Below, one piece after another: positions 52,665 to 64,000 of a stretch of DNA of 64,000 nucleotides; position 1 is the first letter of the stretch; every line of letters starts with the position of its first letter. Origin of the DNA: Octopus sinensis (lineage: Eukaryota); the NCBI RefSeq assembly GCF_006345805.1, contig NC_043017.1, positions 6,138,001-6,202,000 on the forward strand, written 5' to 3'. The position numbers and the translations under genes were made by a program. Under the pieces are notes generated by a model, which saw nothing but the letters and a program-made list of their open reading frames with translations, did not search any database and was not told where the DNA came from.

Positions 52665-53489
52665 TATATATCATATATCATATCTATCATATATCATATC
52701 TATACTATATATATCATATCTATCTATACCTATATGCTCACATTCATGAATATGATGCTTTTCTTCTTCACCATAAAAAGAAAAAAATGACAAGATCTTC
52801 AGTGTCTTCTTATACAAATACTCCCAAACAGAAACAATATATATAAAAAAAAACTATAAATAAAATATAAAACAATAGATATGTTAATAATCTCATTAAT
52901 ATTTATTCATTTATTTAAGAAAAATATTCCAGCAAGTTGTTGATTTATAATTACAAATGATTGTTTGAAGTTCCCCTAACATATATTCTGTCACAAACAA
53001 TATTTTAATGCCCTGGCAGATGGTCAGTCACCAAAGCTTTCCAATTTCTTTGAAAATATCTTGGCACTAATTATTATACATTTTTTCTCCATTTTCTTAT
53101 TGTTTAATTTATATATTTTCAAGATATCCATTATAGAGATACCTGTAGTTGACTTGCTAGACTGTCAGGCGACAAGCTTTAGTTGTAATGGATCTTTCTT
53201 CTCCTTTTCTTCTGTTATAAATCTTTTTTTTCTTTCTTTTTTTTTCTTTTACTGTCTTCTCTTAAAATTCTCTTCACATCTAAAATGCATAACAGGAATT
53301 TTAAATCAACTTCGATAATTTACTGGCATTATATTTTATTAACTCTATGAGGATAAAAGCAGGTTTTGAACTCAGAATCATAAAGAACTGTGACTAAATA
53401 CTGCAAAGCATTTTGAACAATGATGAAATCTATAAACAATCTACATTTGCATCTCCTTTACATTTGATTCTGTGAATTTTTGCCTCACA

Positions 53490-55010
53490 CCATATCACAT
53501 GCTTTTCAAAAGGAAAAGCCTTCTTCTCTCAGGACTTGTAGGTTTAGAATTGTCATCAATGCTTCTGTAACTTAACTTTTTTATTGCTAGGGCTTTTAAC
53601 TCTATACAAATCCATTTTTACTTCTGAGAATAGATGATCCATATTAATCTGGCCTATTTCTTGTTGTCAACTCTGGACTGTCTTTTCTGCTTCTCTCCAG
53701 CTGGACCCTTGCTTTTTCAGCTCTTCCTCAATATCTCACCTCTAGCTATTTTTAGGGCATCTTCTCTTCTTCCCTTCTTTCATATGTTTCCTTGAAGGGA
53801 TGCTTTCCTCTCTTGTTCTTTTTGAATTGCCTTCAACGATTCTGTAATTTCACATTTTTCTAGGTAGAACCATTGGCCCTACGCAAACCCATTTTCACTG
53901 TTAGAAAGTGGTGATCCATATTAGTCTGGCCTCTTGGATCTGTCCACTTAAGTCCTTCAATACTTATGGAGCATAGATCATTGACAAATTTTCTCTGTTG
54001 TTCTAAACTGTGGGCTGTCTTCCCTGAGAGATGGCCTTCCTTTCCCAAGTTTTACTGGTTTTGAATTGACATCAATGTTTCTGAGATTTTTCCTATTTCT
54101 AGATAGGGGTGTTGGCCAATGCAAACCCATTTTTACCTCAGGCAACAGGTAATCAGTATTAATCTTGCCTCTTTTCTGTCATCAACTATGGGTTGTCTTT
54201 TCTGCTTCTCAACAGTTGAATCTCAGCTTTTTCAGCTCTGCTTCATTATCTCACTTCCACCTATATTTAGGGAATCCTCACTTCCACCTCCCTTATGGGT
54301 TCTTATGTTTCCCTGAGGGAGGTCCTTCCTCTCCTGAATTTTGTTTTTGATGCTTCTGTAACTCCTCTTTTTCCTAGGTAGAGTCGTTGGCCTTACACAA
54401 CCCCATTTTTATCTCTGGGAAGAGGTAATCCATATTAGTTTGGCCTCTTTTCTTTGACCTCTCTAGTTTAAGCCGTCCATCACCCATGGAACATAAGCCA
54501 CAGACAGCTCTTCTCCACTGCTCTCAACTCTGGGCTGTCATCCCTGAGAGAAGGCCTTCCTCTCCCAAATCTTGTTGCTTTAGAATTGTTATCAATACTT
54601 CTGTAACATTGCTCTTTTCTAAGTAGGGCTGTTGGCCCTATACATACCCATTTTTACTTCTGGGGCCAGGTGGTCCGTATTAGACTGACCCCCTTCCTTG
54701 TTCTCAACTCAAGGTTGTCTTTTCTGCTTCTCTCCTGTTGGATCCCTGTTTTTTCCTGCTCTTTTATTATTCCAGCTATTATTAGAGTGCCCTCTCTGGC
54801 AGCCATCTCGTGGGTTCATATGTTTCCCTGTGGTAAGACCTTCCTCTTTCAGGTCTTATTGGGCTTTTTTTAAACTGTCATTAATGCTTCTGTAACTTTT
54901 GCTTGTTGTCTATATATGCGTGTTGGCCTTACGCAAACCCATTTTTGTCTTTGGGAAGAGGTGGTCCATATTAATCAGGTCTTTGTCCTTTGACCTGTCC
55001 AATATAAGAG
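53490..55010. repeat. Diverged higher-order tandem repeat: about 518-bp dimer of related ~240- and ~280-bp subunits, about 3 copies
   Basis: The anchor ttggcc.ta.gcaaacccatttt...tccatatta.t.tggcct recurs at about 53595, 53874, 54113, 54388, 54631 and 54923. Subunit bodies alternate (gtcttttctgcttctc vs gggctgtc..ccctgagag). Confidence 0.8.
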
Positions 55011-55326
55011 GCCCTAACCAGAGCTTGTGCTCCACTGGCATAGCTCTCATGGTCCATTAAGGTAAGCAAGCTACTGCATCACAGCAAGGATTGAACCTTG
55101 GGGTGGTACCTAATAGTAGGAGGCATGTGGCTTAGTTTTTAAGGTGTTGGACCAATGATCATAAGATTGTCATTTCAATTCCTGGTCTAGGTGACCCATT
55201 GTGTTCTTGAGCAAAACAGTTCATTTCACATTGCTCCTGTCCACTCAGCTGGCTAAAAGGAGTAATCCCACAACAGACCGGCGCCCCATCTAGGAGGGGT
55301 ATATATGTGCTATGGGGTATATATAA

Positions 55327-55743
55327 GGCGGCAAGCTGGCAGAAATGTTAGCACGCTGGACGAAATGCTTAGCAGTATTTCGTCTGCTGCTATGTTCTGA
55401 GTTCAAATTCCGCCGAGGTCGATTTCACCTTTCATCCTTTCGGGGTCGATTAAATAAGTACCAGTTACTCACTGAGGTCGATATAATCGACTTAATCCGT
55501 TTGTCTGTCCTTGTTTGTCCCCTCTGTATTTAGCCCCTTGTGGGTAGTAAAGAAATAGGTATTTCGTCTGCTGCTACATTCTGAGTTCAAATTCCACCGA
55601 GGTCGATTTTGCCTTTCATCCTTTAGGGGTCGATTAAATAAGTACCAGTTACTCACTGAGGTTGATATAATCGACTTAATCCGTTTGTCTGTCCTTGTTT
55701 GTCTTCTCTGTGTTTAGCCCCTTGTGGGTAGTAAAGAAATAGG
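55327..55743 (+). mobile_element. SINE family B dimer (184-bp period) inserted in a family-D SINE
   Basis: GTAAAGAAATAGG at 55547 and 55731. Flanking ATATATGTGC at 55301 and 55746 is a possible target-site duplication. Confidence 0.85.
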
Positions 55744-58359
55744 TAATATATGTGCCATGAAATTAGGAAACCAGCCCTATGTGTCCATATGACACTGGAA
55801 AGAACTATACTTTACTTACTACATTAACACAGTCACATAGTATCTACTATACACTAATCTATCACTGACAATGTTACATCATGTGTATCGGTTGCCAAGC
55901 AACCACTGTAACAGTTACAGTATATGGTATTTTTATTCCTCTATTCCAAAAAGAGTTCCACTTATTTTTCTCTTCCATTCACATAAAAATTTCTTCTCTT
56001 CCCTCCAACGGTTTTTTTGTCCTCCTTTCCATATAGATTTTCATCTCTTTATCCTCTCATCATTTGACTTCATCTTGACAACTAAGGACTTAATATTTCC
56101 CCTCCCTCCCTCCCTACCTACTAAACTACCTACCAACCTACCTGTATGTCAATGTATGTCTGTATGTCTGTATGTATGTGTGTGTATATATGTATGAATG
56201 TATGTACATATGTATGTAAGTATGTATGTATGTATGTATGTATCTGTGTTTGTATGTATATATGTATGTATGTGTGTACATATGTATATATATATATATG
56301 CATGTGTGTATGTATGTGTGTACATATGTATGCATGTACTTACATACATATGTATGTATCTATGTACATATGTATGTATGTATGTACGTATTCATGCATG
56401 TATGTGTGTATGTATGAACATATGTATGTATGCATGTATGTACATATGTATCTAGGTATGTATGAACATATGTGTGTATGTACATATGTATGTATCTCTC
56501 TGTATCTGTCTGTCTGTCTGTCTATCTCTTTCTATGTCTCTGTATGTTCCACCACCCTAACTTTCACCTGTATATCGGTTGCCTTCTTTCCTTCTTTCTT
56601 GCTTTCTTTCTTGCATCATCATTCCTTCTTTCATCCATTCTTTCCTTCCTTGTTTCTTTTCCATCTTTCATTCTCTTTCTTTTTTCCACATTTCTTTCTT
56701 TCTTTCTCTCTGTCTTCCTTCCTTCTTCCTTTTGCCATCTTTCTTTCCTTCTTGCTTTGCTCCATTTTTCCTTTCTCTTTCTTTTTCCCATCTTTCTTTC
56801 TTTCCTTCTTTCCAATTTCCTTTCCTTCTTTCTTTTCATCCTCCTTTCTCCCCCTTCCTTCTGCTTTCTTCTTTCTCTCCTTCTCCTCTCTCTCTCTTTC
56901 CTTTATCTCTCTCTTTTGTCTTTTCATCTTCCCATCTTACTGTCCTTCTTCCTTCCTTCCCTTCTTTATCTCTCTCTCTCTCTCTTCCTTTCAGTCTTTC
57001 TCAAACTTCATTTCTGATTGATTTAACATGAATAAAGAACCAAAACAATAAAAAAGAAAAACAGTCAAGCAAAAAAAAAAACAAAAACAAAAAACAAAAA
57101 AACAACAATAAATAAAATTATACGACCAAACAAGAAACACACCAACAAAACAAAGAAATTTTCTTATCATCTTACCTAATAAAATTATTTAGAAATATAT
57201 ATATTTCTTGTTTTTCTATATTAAAACTATTTTTCATCAAAAGCAACCAGAAACTCCATTCTGTCATCTTACTGAATTGAAGATTTCACTTCATCCAATC
57301 AAAACCTCTCAGTGAAAAATTCAACTTCAAAAACACTGAACGCATCTCCTGTGTATTTTAGGATGTTTTTTTTCTTTTCTTTACCTCATGCATGTCATGA
57401 TGTATCTGTGTGCATATAGGCATGTGTATATATATATATATATACACCTATGCTTATATATATGTATATATGTATATATGTATGTATGTATGCACACATA
57501 CATAATATACACACATATATACATATATACATGTACATATATATATGTATATATATATTCATATGTATATATGTGTATATATATATATATATATATACAT
57601 ATATACATATGAATATATAATGTATGTATATATATGTGTGTGTGTGTGTACATATATTTATATACACTTAATATATTTATGTCTGTATGTGTATGTATGT
57701 GGGTGTGTGTATATATATATATATGTGCAAGGAATTTGTACATACAAGTATGCATATATATTATATACATATGTATATGTATACAGACACATATCTATAT
57801 TTGTATATTTGCATGTGTATGTATACATATATATATATATACATTATGCATACAATGAATTTGTATATACATATGTATTTTATGTGTGTGTGTGTGCATG
57901 TAGGTATGAATGTGTATATATACATATATATATATGTGTGTGTGTGTGTTTATCCTATACATGTATATATGCATTGTATATTTAAGATAAGCACAAAGCC
58001 ACACATGTCAGAGGAAAATATAGTTGATTGTATCTATTCTCGCGCTTTATTTTATCAACTTCGGAAGATAAAAAGCAAAAGTTTACCTTGGACAACATCA
58101 GAAAAAGAACAAAACCATTTTGATTTTTTTTCTATAAATGATTTATGAATTTTGTTCCATCCCGAATCTATTTGATACTTATTTCTCCCATCTGCGAAAA
58201 GTGAAAGAAAGGGTCAGTCTCCATGTGATTTGAAATCAGAATGTAAGGGGTTGGAAAACCTACTGCATAGCATTTTTTGACAGTGATCTAATGATTATTA
58301 TAATGATGATGATGATGATGGTCTATCCATCCATCCATCCATCTATCCATTTGTTTCCT

Positions 58360-58670
58360 TTTCCTCCTACTCCTTGTAGGGCCATGAGAGTAGAGTCCTC
58401 AGGCACCTCCACCGTAGGGTCATATCAGAATCACCAATCATTAAGCTTTCCCAAATACGACCAATTGAGACTATGGACAGTATGCAACCATTTAATTCTT
58501 AGTCCATCCCTAGATCTCCTGCTGGTTGGCCTGGCTTGAAGAATCCATCTTGTGATTCATTCCGGCTACACTCTAATCTGATGTCTGTAGTACAAGAGGT
58601 ATGACCACATAATGCTGAGGAGTAGTTGTTCAATCTGGAGAGTCACCCTGATGTCCGAGCTAAGCACCCT
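58360..58670 (-). mobile_element. Old RTE-like LINE 3' relic
   Basis: Degenerate minus-strand peptides ITRWILQARPTSRRSRDGLRIKWLHTV and WRCLRTLLSWPYKE*, followed by a microsatellite tail. Confidence 0.45.
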
Positions 58671-58679
58671 GATGAGTAA

Positions 58680-59187
58680 CGTTACTCCAGTACTCAACTG
58701 CTACTTATTTTATTGGCCCCGAAAGGGACAAAAGGCAAAGTTAACCTTGGTAGAATTTGAACTCAGAATGTACAGATGGTATTTATTTTATTAGCCCCCA
58801 AAAGGATGAAAAGCACAGTCGACTTTAGTGGAATTTGAACACATATAAAGACAGACGAAATACTACTAAGCATTTTGCCTGGCATGCTAACGACTCTGCC
58901 ACCTCACCACCTTGAATAATAATAATAATAATAATAATAATCCTTTCTACTATAGGCACTAGGCCTGAAATTTGGGGGAGGGCGATAGTTGATTACTTTA
59001 ACCCCAGTGCTCAATTGGTGCTTAATTTATTGACTTCAAAAGGACGAAAGGCAAAGTCGACCTCGGTAGAATTTGAACTCAGAACATAAGGATAGACGAA
59101 ATGCCACTAAGCATTTTCCCCAGCATCCCAACAGTTCTGCCAGCTTGCCACCTTCATAATAATAACAACAACAACAATAATAATAGC

Positions 59188-59223
<36 letters not shown>

Positions 59224-59430
59224 CCTTTCTAGTAAAGGCACAAGTCCTGAATTTTGTGGGGAGGGGTATTGTCGATTACATCAACCCCAGTACTTGACTG
59301 GTACTTAATTTATTGACCCCGAAAAGATGAAAGGCGAAGTCAACCTCGGTGGAATTTGAACTTGGATGTAAGGATTGGCAAAATGCCACCAAGCATTTTG
59401 CTAACAGCTCTGCCAGCTCACCACCTTAAC
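58680..59430 (-). mobile_element. Four tandem family-B SINE copies separated by (AAT)n tails
   Basis: Repeated aaaggcaaagtcgacctcggt.gaatttgaac blocks, each unit bounded by aataataat...cctttcta. Confidence 0.75.
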
Positions 59431-59580
59431 AATGATAACAACAACAGCAACAACAATAATAATAATAACAATAACAATGATAATAATGATTTCTTTTATT
59501 AGCCACAGGGGTGTAGATGGTAATAACAATAACAATAATAATAGCATTAATAAAAACAGCAATAGTAACAACAGAAACAC

Positions 59581-59613
<33 letters not shown>

Positions 59614-59759
59614 CAATAATGATAGCAATATTAAGCAAAAGAAGAGTGCTGGGGATGTGGAAGGGGAAGGGGTGGAAATCTTGTTAAAAACATGAAATTA
59701 GCTGTCATAATAAACATCATAAAAAAGTCTTGAATCTCTTTCTAGAATTGTTACTGCAC

Positions 59760-60745
59760 ATCTCAATTAGCAATGGAACATTGTGGTTGGCGGTGGTGGT
59801 GGTGGTGGTGGCAGTGATGGTGGTGGCGGTGATGGTGGTGGTGTTGGTGTCGGTGGTGGTGGTGGTGGTGGTGGTGGTGGCAGTGATGGTGGTGGCGGTG
59901 ATGGTGGTGGCAGTGATGGTGGTGGTGTTGGTGTCGGTGGTGGTGATGGTGGTGGTGGTGGTGGTGGTGATGGTAGCAGTGGTGGTGATGGTGGCGGTGA
60001 TGGTGGTGGTGGTGGTGATGGTAGCAGTGATGGTGGTGGTGGTATCGGTGATGGTGATGGTGGTGATGGTGGCGGCGGTGGTGGTGGTGGTGATGATGGT
60101 GGCGGTGATGGTGGTGGTGGTGATGATGGTGATGGTGGTGGTGGAGATGATGGTTGCATTATAACTGTTGTTATTATTTTCATTGTTGTTGTTGTTGCTT
60201 CAGCTCTTGATCTCGGTTTTGCTGTTGTTGTTCATGTTGCCGTTGTTGTTGTTGCTTCTGCTGCTGTTTCTGTTGTTGTTGCTGCTGCTGTTGTTTTTGT
60301 TGTTATTCTGTCTGTTGTTAATGTTGTTGTTATTGAAGTCATTATTATTGCTGCTGTTGCTGTTGTTGTCTCTGCTTCTGTTGTCACTCTTTCTGTTGGT
60401 GTTGCTGCTGCTGCTGCTGCAGTTTGTTTTATGTTTTTTTTTATCCTTTATTTATTTAATGTCTTTTACTTTTTGTTATTTAATCATTTTTTTTTTCTTG
60501 TATATTTTTCTTGTTTGTTGTTTCTATAAAATAAGACAAGATGTAAAAATGCTGAATTGAAGACAATAAAAATAGTAATAACAATAACAACAATAATAAT
60601 AAATAATAACAATAATAATAATAGCAATCATAATAATAATAATAACAACAATAATAATAGCAATCATAATAATAATAATAACAACAATAATAATAGCAAT
60701 CATAATAATAATAATAATAATAACAGCAATCATAATAATAATAAC

Positions 60746-60788
<43 letters not shown>

Positions 60789-60808
60789 GCAATCATAATA
60801 ATAATAAC

Positions 60809-60848
<40 letters not shown>

Positions 60849-60868
60849 GCAATCATAATAATAATAAC

Positions 60869-60900
<32 letters not shown>
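59760..60900. repeat. Consecutive trinucleotide tracts: (GGT/GAT)n, (GTT/GCT)n, (AAT/AAC)n; similar tracts at 3440-3970, 18250-18960 and 45230-45830
   Basis: Direct inspection. These tracts account for the poly-G/V/P/N/I/D ORFs. Confidence 0.95.
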
Positions 60901-61159
60901 AGGAAGAAAATGACAAGAAGAACAAGAAACAATAAAATTTTTGTGATTTTTATTTTTGGCTAAAAAAATATTTAAACATCAAAAATGGTTTTAGTTTCTT
61001 TTTTTTTTTCTTGACTGTTCTGTAGTTTTGTTGGTTTGTTTGTTTTTTGTTTGCTCTACAGTTTTTTTTCTTTTCGTTTATTTATTTCACTTATCGTCGT
61101 CATTCTCTTTCTCATCACTATTGTTTCCGTTCTTCTCATGACCAACACCGCTGTCGCTG

Positions 61160-61290
61160 TCATCATCATCATCATCATCAACTTCTTTATGATGAAAACT
61201 ACCGCCAGCAACACCACCACTATTGTCATCCCCATCATCATAAATACCACACCACATCACCACCACCACCATCCATAATTCCATCACTAT

Positions 61291-61322
<32 letters not shown>

Positions 61323-61718
61323 ACTTCTTTATGATGAAAACTACCGCCAGCAACACCACCACTATTGTCATCCCCATCATCATAAATACCAACACCACCA
61401 TCACCACCACCACCATCATAATTTCCATCACTATAATCACATCATCATCATCATCATCATCATCAACTTCTTTATGATGAAAACTACCGCCAGCAACACC
61501 ACCACTATTGTCATCCCCATCATCATAAATACCAACAACATCACCCCACCACCACCATCATAATTTCCATCACTATAATCATCATCATCATCAATCATCA
61601 TCATCAACTTCTTTATGATGAAAAACTACGCCAGCAACACCACCACTATTGTCATCCCCATCATCATAAATACCAACACCACCATCACCACCACCACCAT
61701 CATAATTTCCATCACTAT

Positions 61719-61750
<32 letters not shown>

Positions 61751-61890
61751 ACTTCTTTATGATGAAAACTACCGCCAGCAACACCACCACTATTGTCATC
61801 CCCATCATCATAAATACCAACACCACCATCACCACCACCACCATCATAATTTCCATCACTATAATCATCATCATCATCATCATCATCATC
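61160..61890. repeat. Minisatellite, about 142-bp unit x5, built from CAT/CAC triplets
   Basis: CAACTTCTTTATGATGAAAA at 61179, 61321, 61464, 61605 and 61749. Confidence 0.95.
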
Positions 61891-62713
61891 ATTATTGCCG
61901 TCAATGTCAAAACCAAACCCATTGCCAGTGGTTTCCTCAAGGTTATAATAATGATGATGATGATGATCAGTGCCACCACCACCACCACCACCACCACTGC
62001 CATGACCATAATCCTCCACCTCTTCTTTTTTCCTTCTCTTTATCCTCTTCATCTTCCCCCTGCCGTTGATCATCATCATCATATCATCATCATCATTGCT
62101 ACTGTCAATGTCATAACCATCAGCAGTGGTTTCCTCAAGATCATCGCCATCACCACCACCACTTTAATTCTCCTCCTTCTCCTCCTCCACCATCACCATC
62201 TCTGGGCATCATCACCATTATCATCATCATCATCATCATCATCACCATCATTGCTGTCAGTGTCTAAGCCATAACCATCACCAGTGACTTCAATGAAATC
62301 ATCATCGTCATTGCTGTCAATGTCAAAACTGTAACCATCATCATCATCATCATCATCATATTCATCATCTGCAGCAACAGTGCAATAAAATTGCCCGTAT
62401 CATCATCATCATCATCATGTTCGTTGCTGTCAGTGTCAAACCCATTACCATCACCTATGGTTTTATCATCATCATCATCATCATCGTTGTTAGTTTTGAA
62501 AGAATCGCCATCAATGCTACCACCCTTACGACTACTGCCTCTATTATTATCATCATTGTGATCATCATCATTCTCATACTCATCAATGCCACATCGACCA
62601 GTTACCATTGTCATCATCATCATCATCATCATCAATATGACCAGCATCTACATTTTTCATCTCTACTACTACTACTACTACTACTACTAATAATAATAAT
62701 AATAATAATAATG

Positions 62714-62975
62714 AGGGGCTTTATTCAGGGACCTTTAGAGCAGGAGGGGGCTACCCAACTTGTAGAAAATTCTAACTGGGCCCCACCTGGAAGGTCAAGT
62801 GCTGTTTATCTTGATATAAGATCACCAGGTTATGCACACATGGTTGTGATGCATGTGCCTGGTGTACCCTTATCAGATGGGTAGTCATGAAGGGTATACT
62901 GGGCTTTGTATATTTTACCCCAGTGTCACTTTGATGGCATGCGCTGCTCTCTCACTCAATAATGATAATAATAAT
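62714..62975 (+). mobile_element. 3' part of an abundant SINE-like repeat with an (AAT)n tail
   Basis: ggttgtgatgcatgtgcctggtgtacccttatcaga.gggtagtcatga...ctctctcactcaataatgataat. Recalled as a common octopus repeat; single copy in this window. Confidence 0.5.
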
Positions 62976-63379
62976 AAAAAAATAATAATGATAATAATTT
63001 TTATAATAATAATGATGACGTTAATTATAATAATTATGTTTTCATTTATTTGCCACAAGGGTGAAGGATGAGGTGGTGGAGAATACAAAGGGAGACATAA
63101 AGTGTGGGGGTTTACATATAATGGAATGATAAAAGAAAGGAAATAAAAAAGGAATGAAAGTATACACGATATACACTGAAAAAGAAGGGACATGTGGTTA
63201 GAAAACAAAAAGGGGCAGAGGGGATAATAGGGATGTGGCCTTCCTGATACAGGAAGACCTCTAGGGACAGTCGAGGAACCCCACTGTCTGAGATTTCCCT
63301 GAAACACCCAGAGCAAGTGCCCTCTCCAATTCCTTCTCTCTGACTCACAGATCTACACTTAGAGAGCTACCATCCACTC

Positions 63380-64000
63380 TTGCCGTTTTCACAAGTTTCA
63401 CCCAACTTTCAATAAATTCACTCAAGGACAGCACTTACCTCTCCACTGTATCAATTTCCTTTTCAAGTGAAATTTGAAGAAGCCAATGGGAACCCTACCA
63501 AAGAGGAATGTATCTGTTCTCATGCATTTCAGCCTTGTCCATCAAACAACCTCTTTCACCACAGCCACCAAGCAAAGGAAAACTTCCTTGCCTGTCCAAC
63601 TGAAGAAGGGCAGCAGTGCAATCATCGCTACAGACTTGGCTAACAGATGGATCTGTCCCACATGTGAACAGCAGCTGTTTGACATAAACACACAAGTCAG
63701 CAATGCCTGGACACTGAATGAGGGCACACAGAATGGTTTCATCACTCTACATGCACCTCAGACAAGCACATCTGTAGAGTTTATCTTGAACCAGTAGTGC
63801 CCCCTGATGGCACTGCCAAACCAAGGACACCTGGAAATTATCCATGATAGTTCCCAACTGGACAGTCCTCCAGAAGACTAGCCTGTTTGTCCTCGTCATT
63901 GCCCAGAGTCTCCCTGAGAACATCGTCGCACTTCCCCGCCCCTAATTCTCAATAAATTTCTAAAGCGGAATATCCACTGATGCCATTGTCTGACTGGTAA
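63380..64000 (-). mobile_element. L1/Tx1-clade LINE ORF2 C-terminal relic (zf-RVT CCHC region), running off the window
   Basis: The minus strand reads MDNFQVSLVWQCHQGALLVQDKLYRCACLRCM*SDETILCALIQCPGIADLCVYVKQLL... and KEVFLCLVAVVKEVV*WTRLKCMRTDTFL...FFKFHLKRK, with stops and frameshifts. Confidence 0.75.

Noticed and set aside
53081-53200. ISIIEI after an acceptor-like AG resembles rhomboid TM1
   Set aside because: No preceding CPPP motif, similarity stops after six residues, and there is no donor.
58674-58687. Perfect 14-bp palindrome GAGTAACGTTACTC overlapping CTGATGA
   Set aside because: No downstream GAAA to complete a hammerhead; it sits at a junction between two decayed repeats.
10-62082. 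Hundreds of ORFs rich in YI/CV/HT, poly-G/V/P/N/D/H
   Set aside because: They are translations of di-, tri- and tetranucleotide microsatellites, with no splice context or domain signal.

Overview
This is AT-rich, microsatellite-saturated eukaryotic DNA with no prokaryotic operon or CRISPR array. The repeat landscape (several tRNA-head SINE families, RTE-tailed elements, Penelope-like ends, Tc1/mariner relics) looks like a coleoid cephalopod, probably Octopus; this is inferred from recalled repeat families, not from a search. Almost all ORFs in the supplied track are translations of simple repeats. One convincing coding exon was found on the + strand (37874-38032, 159 nt, phase 0/0, canonical AG/GT). 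It encodes a degenerate EF-hand pair resembling the N-terminus of RHBDL1/3 / Rhomboid-4-type rhomboid proteases, so much of the window is probably intron. A candidate TATA box, first exon (22.5-22.7 kb) and 26-nt microexon (31.4 kb) are speculative. Decayed transposons include two TIR-bounded Tc1 elements, five mariner fragments, RTE, L1/Tx1 and Helitron coding relics, hAT- and piggyBac-like MITEs and dozens of SINEs, some nested with 16-bp target-site duplications. The structures most worth checking are: a minimal hammerhead-like motif with a non-canonical core and stem covariation in a Penelope-like repeat, a 250-bp foldback, SINE multimers sharing one junction at independent loci, a 132-bp triple repeat and a diverged ~518-bp higher-order repeat. 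I found no clear evidence of a novel multi-gene system.
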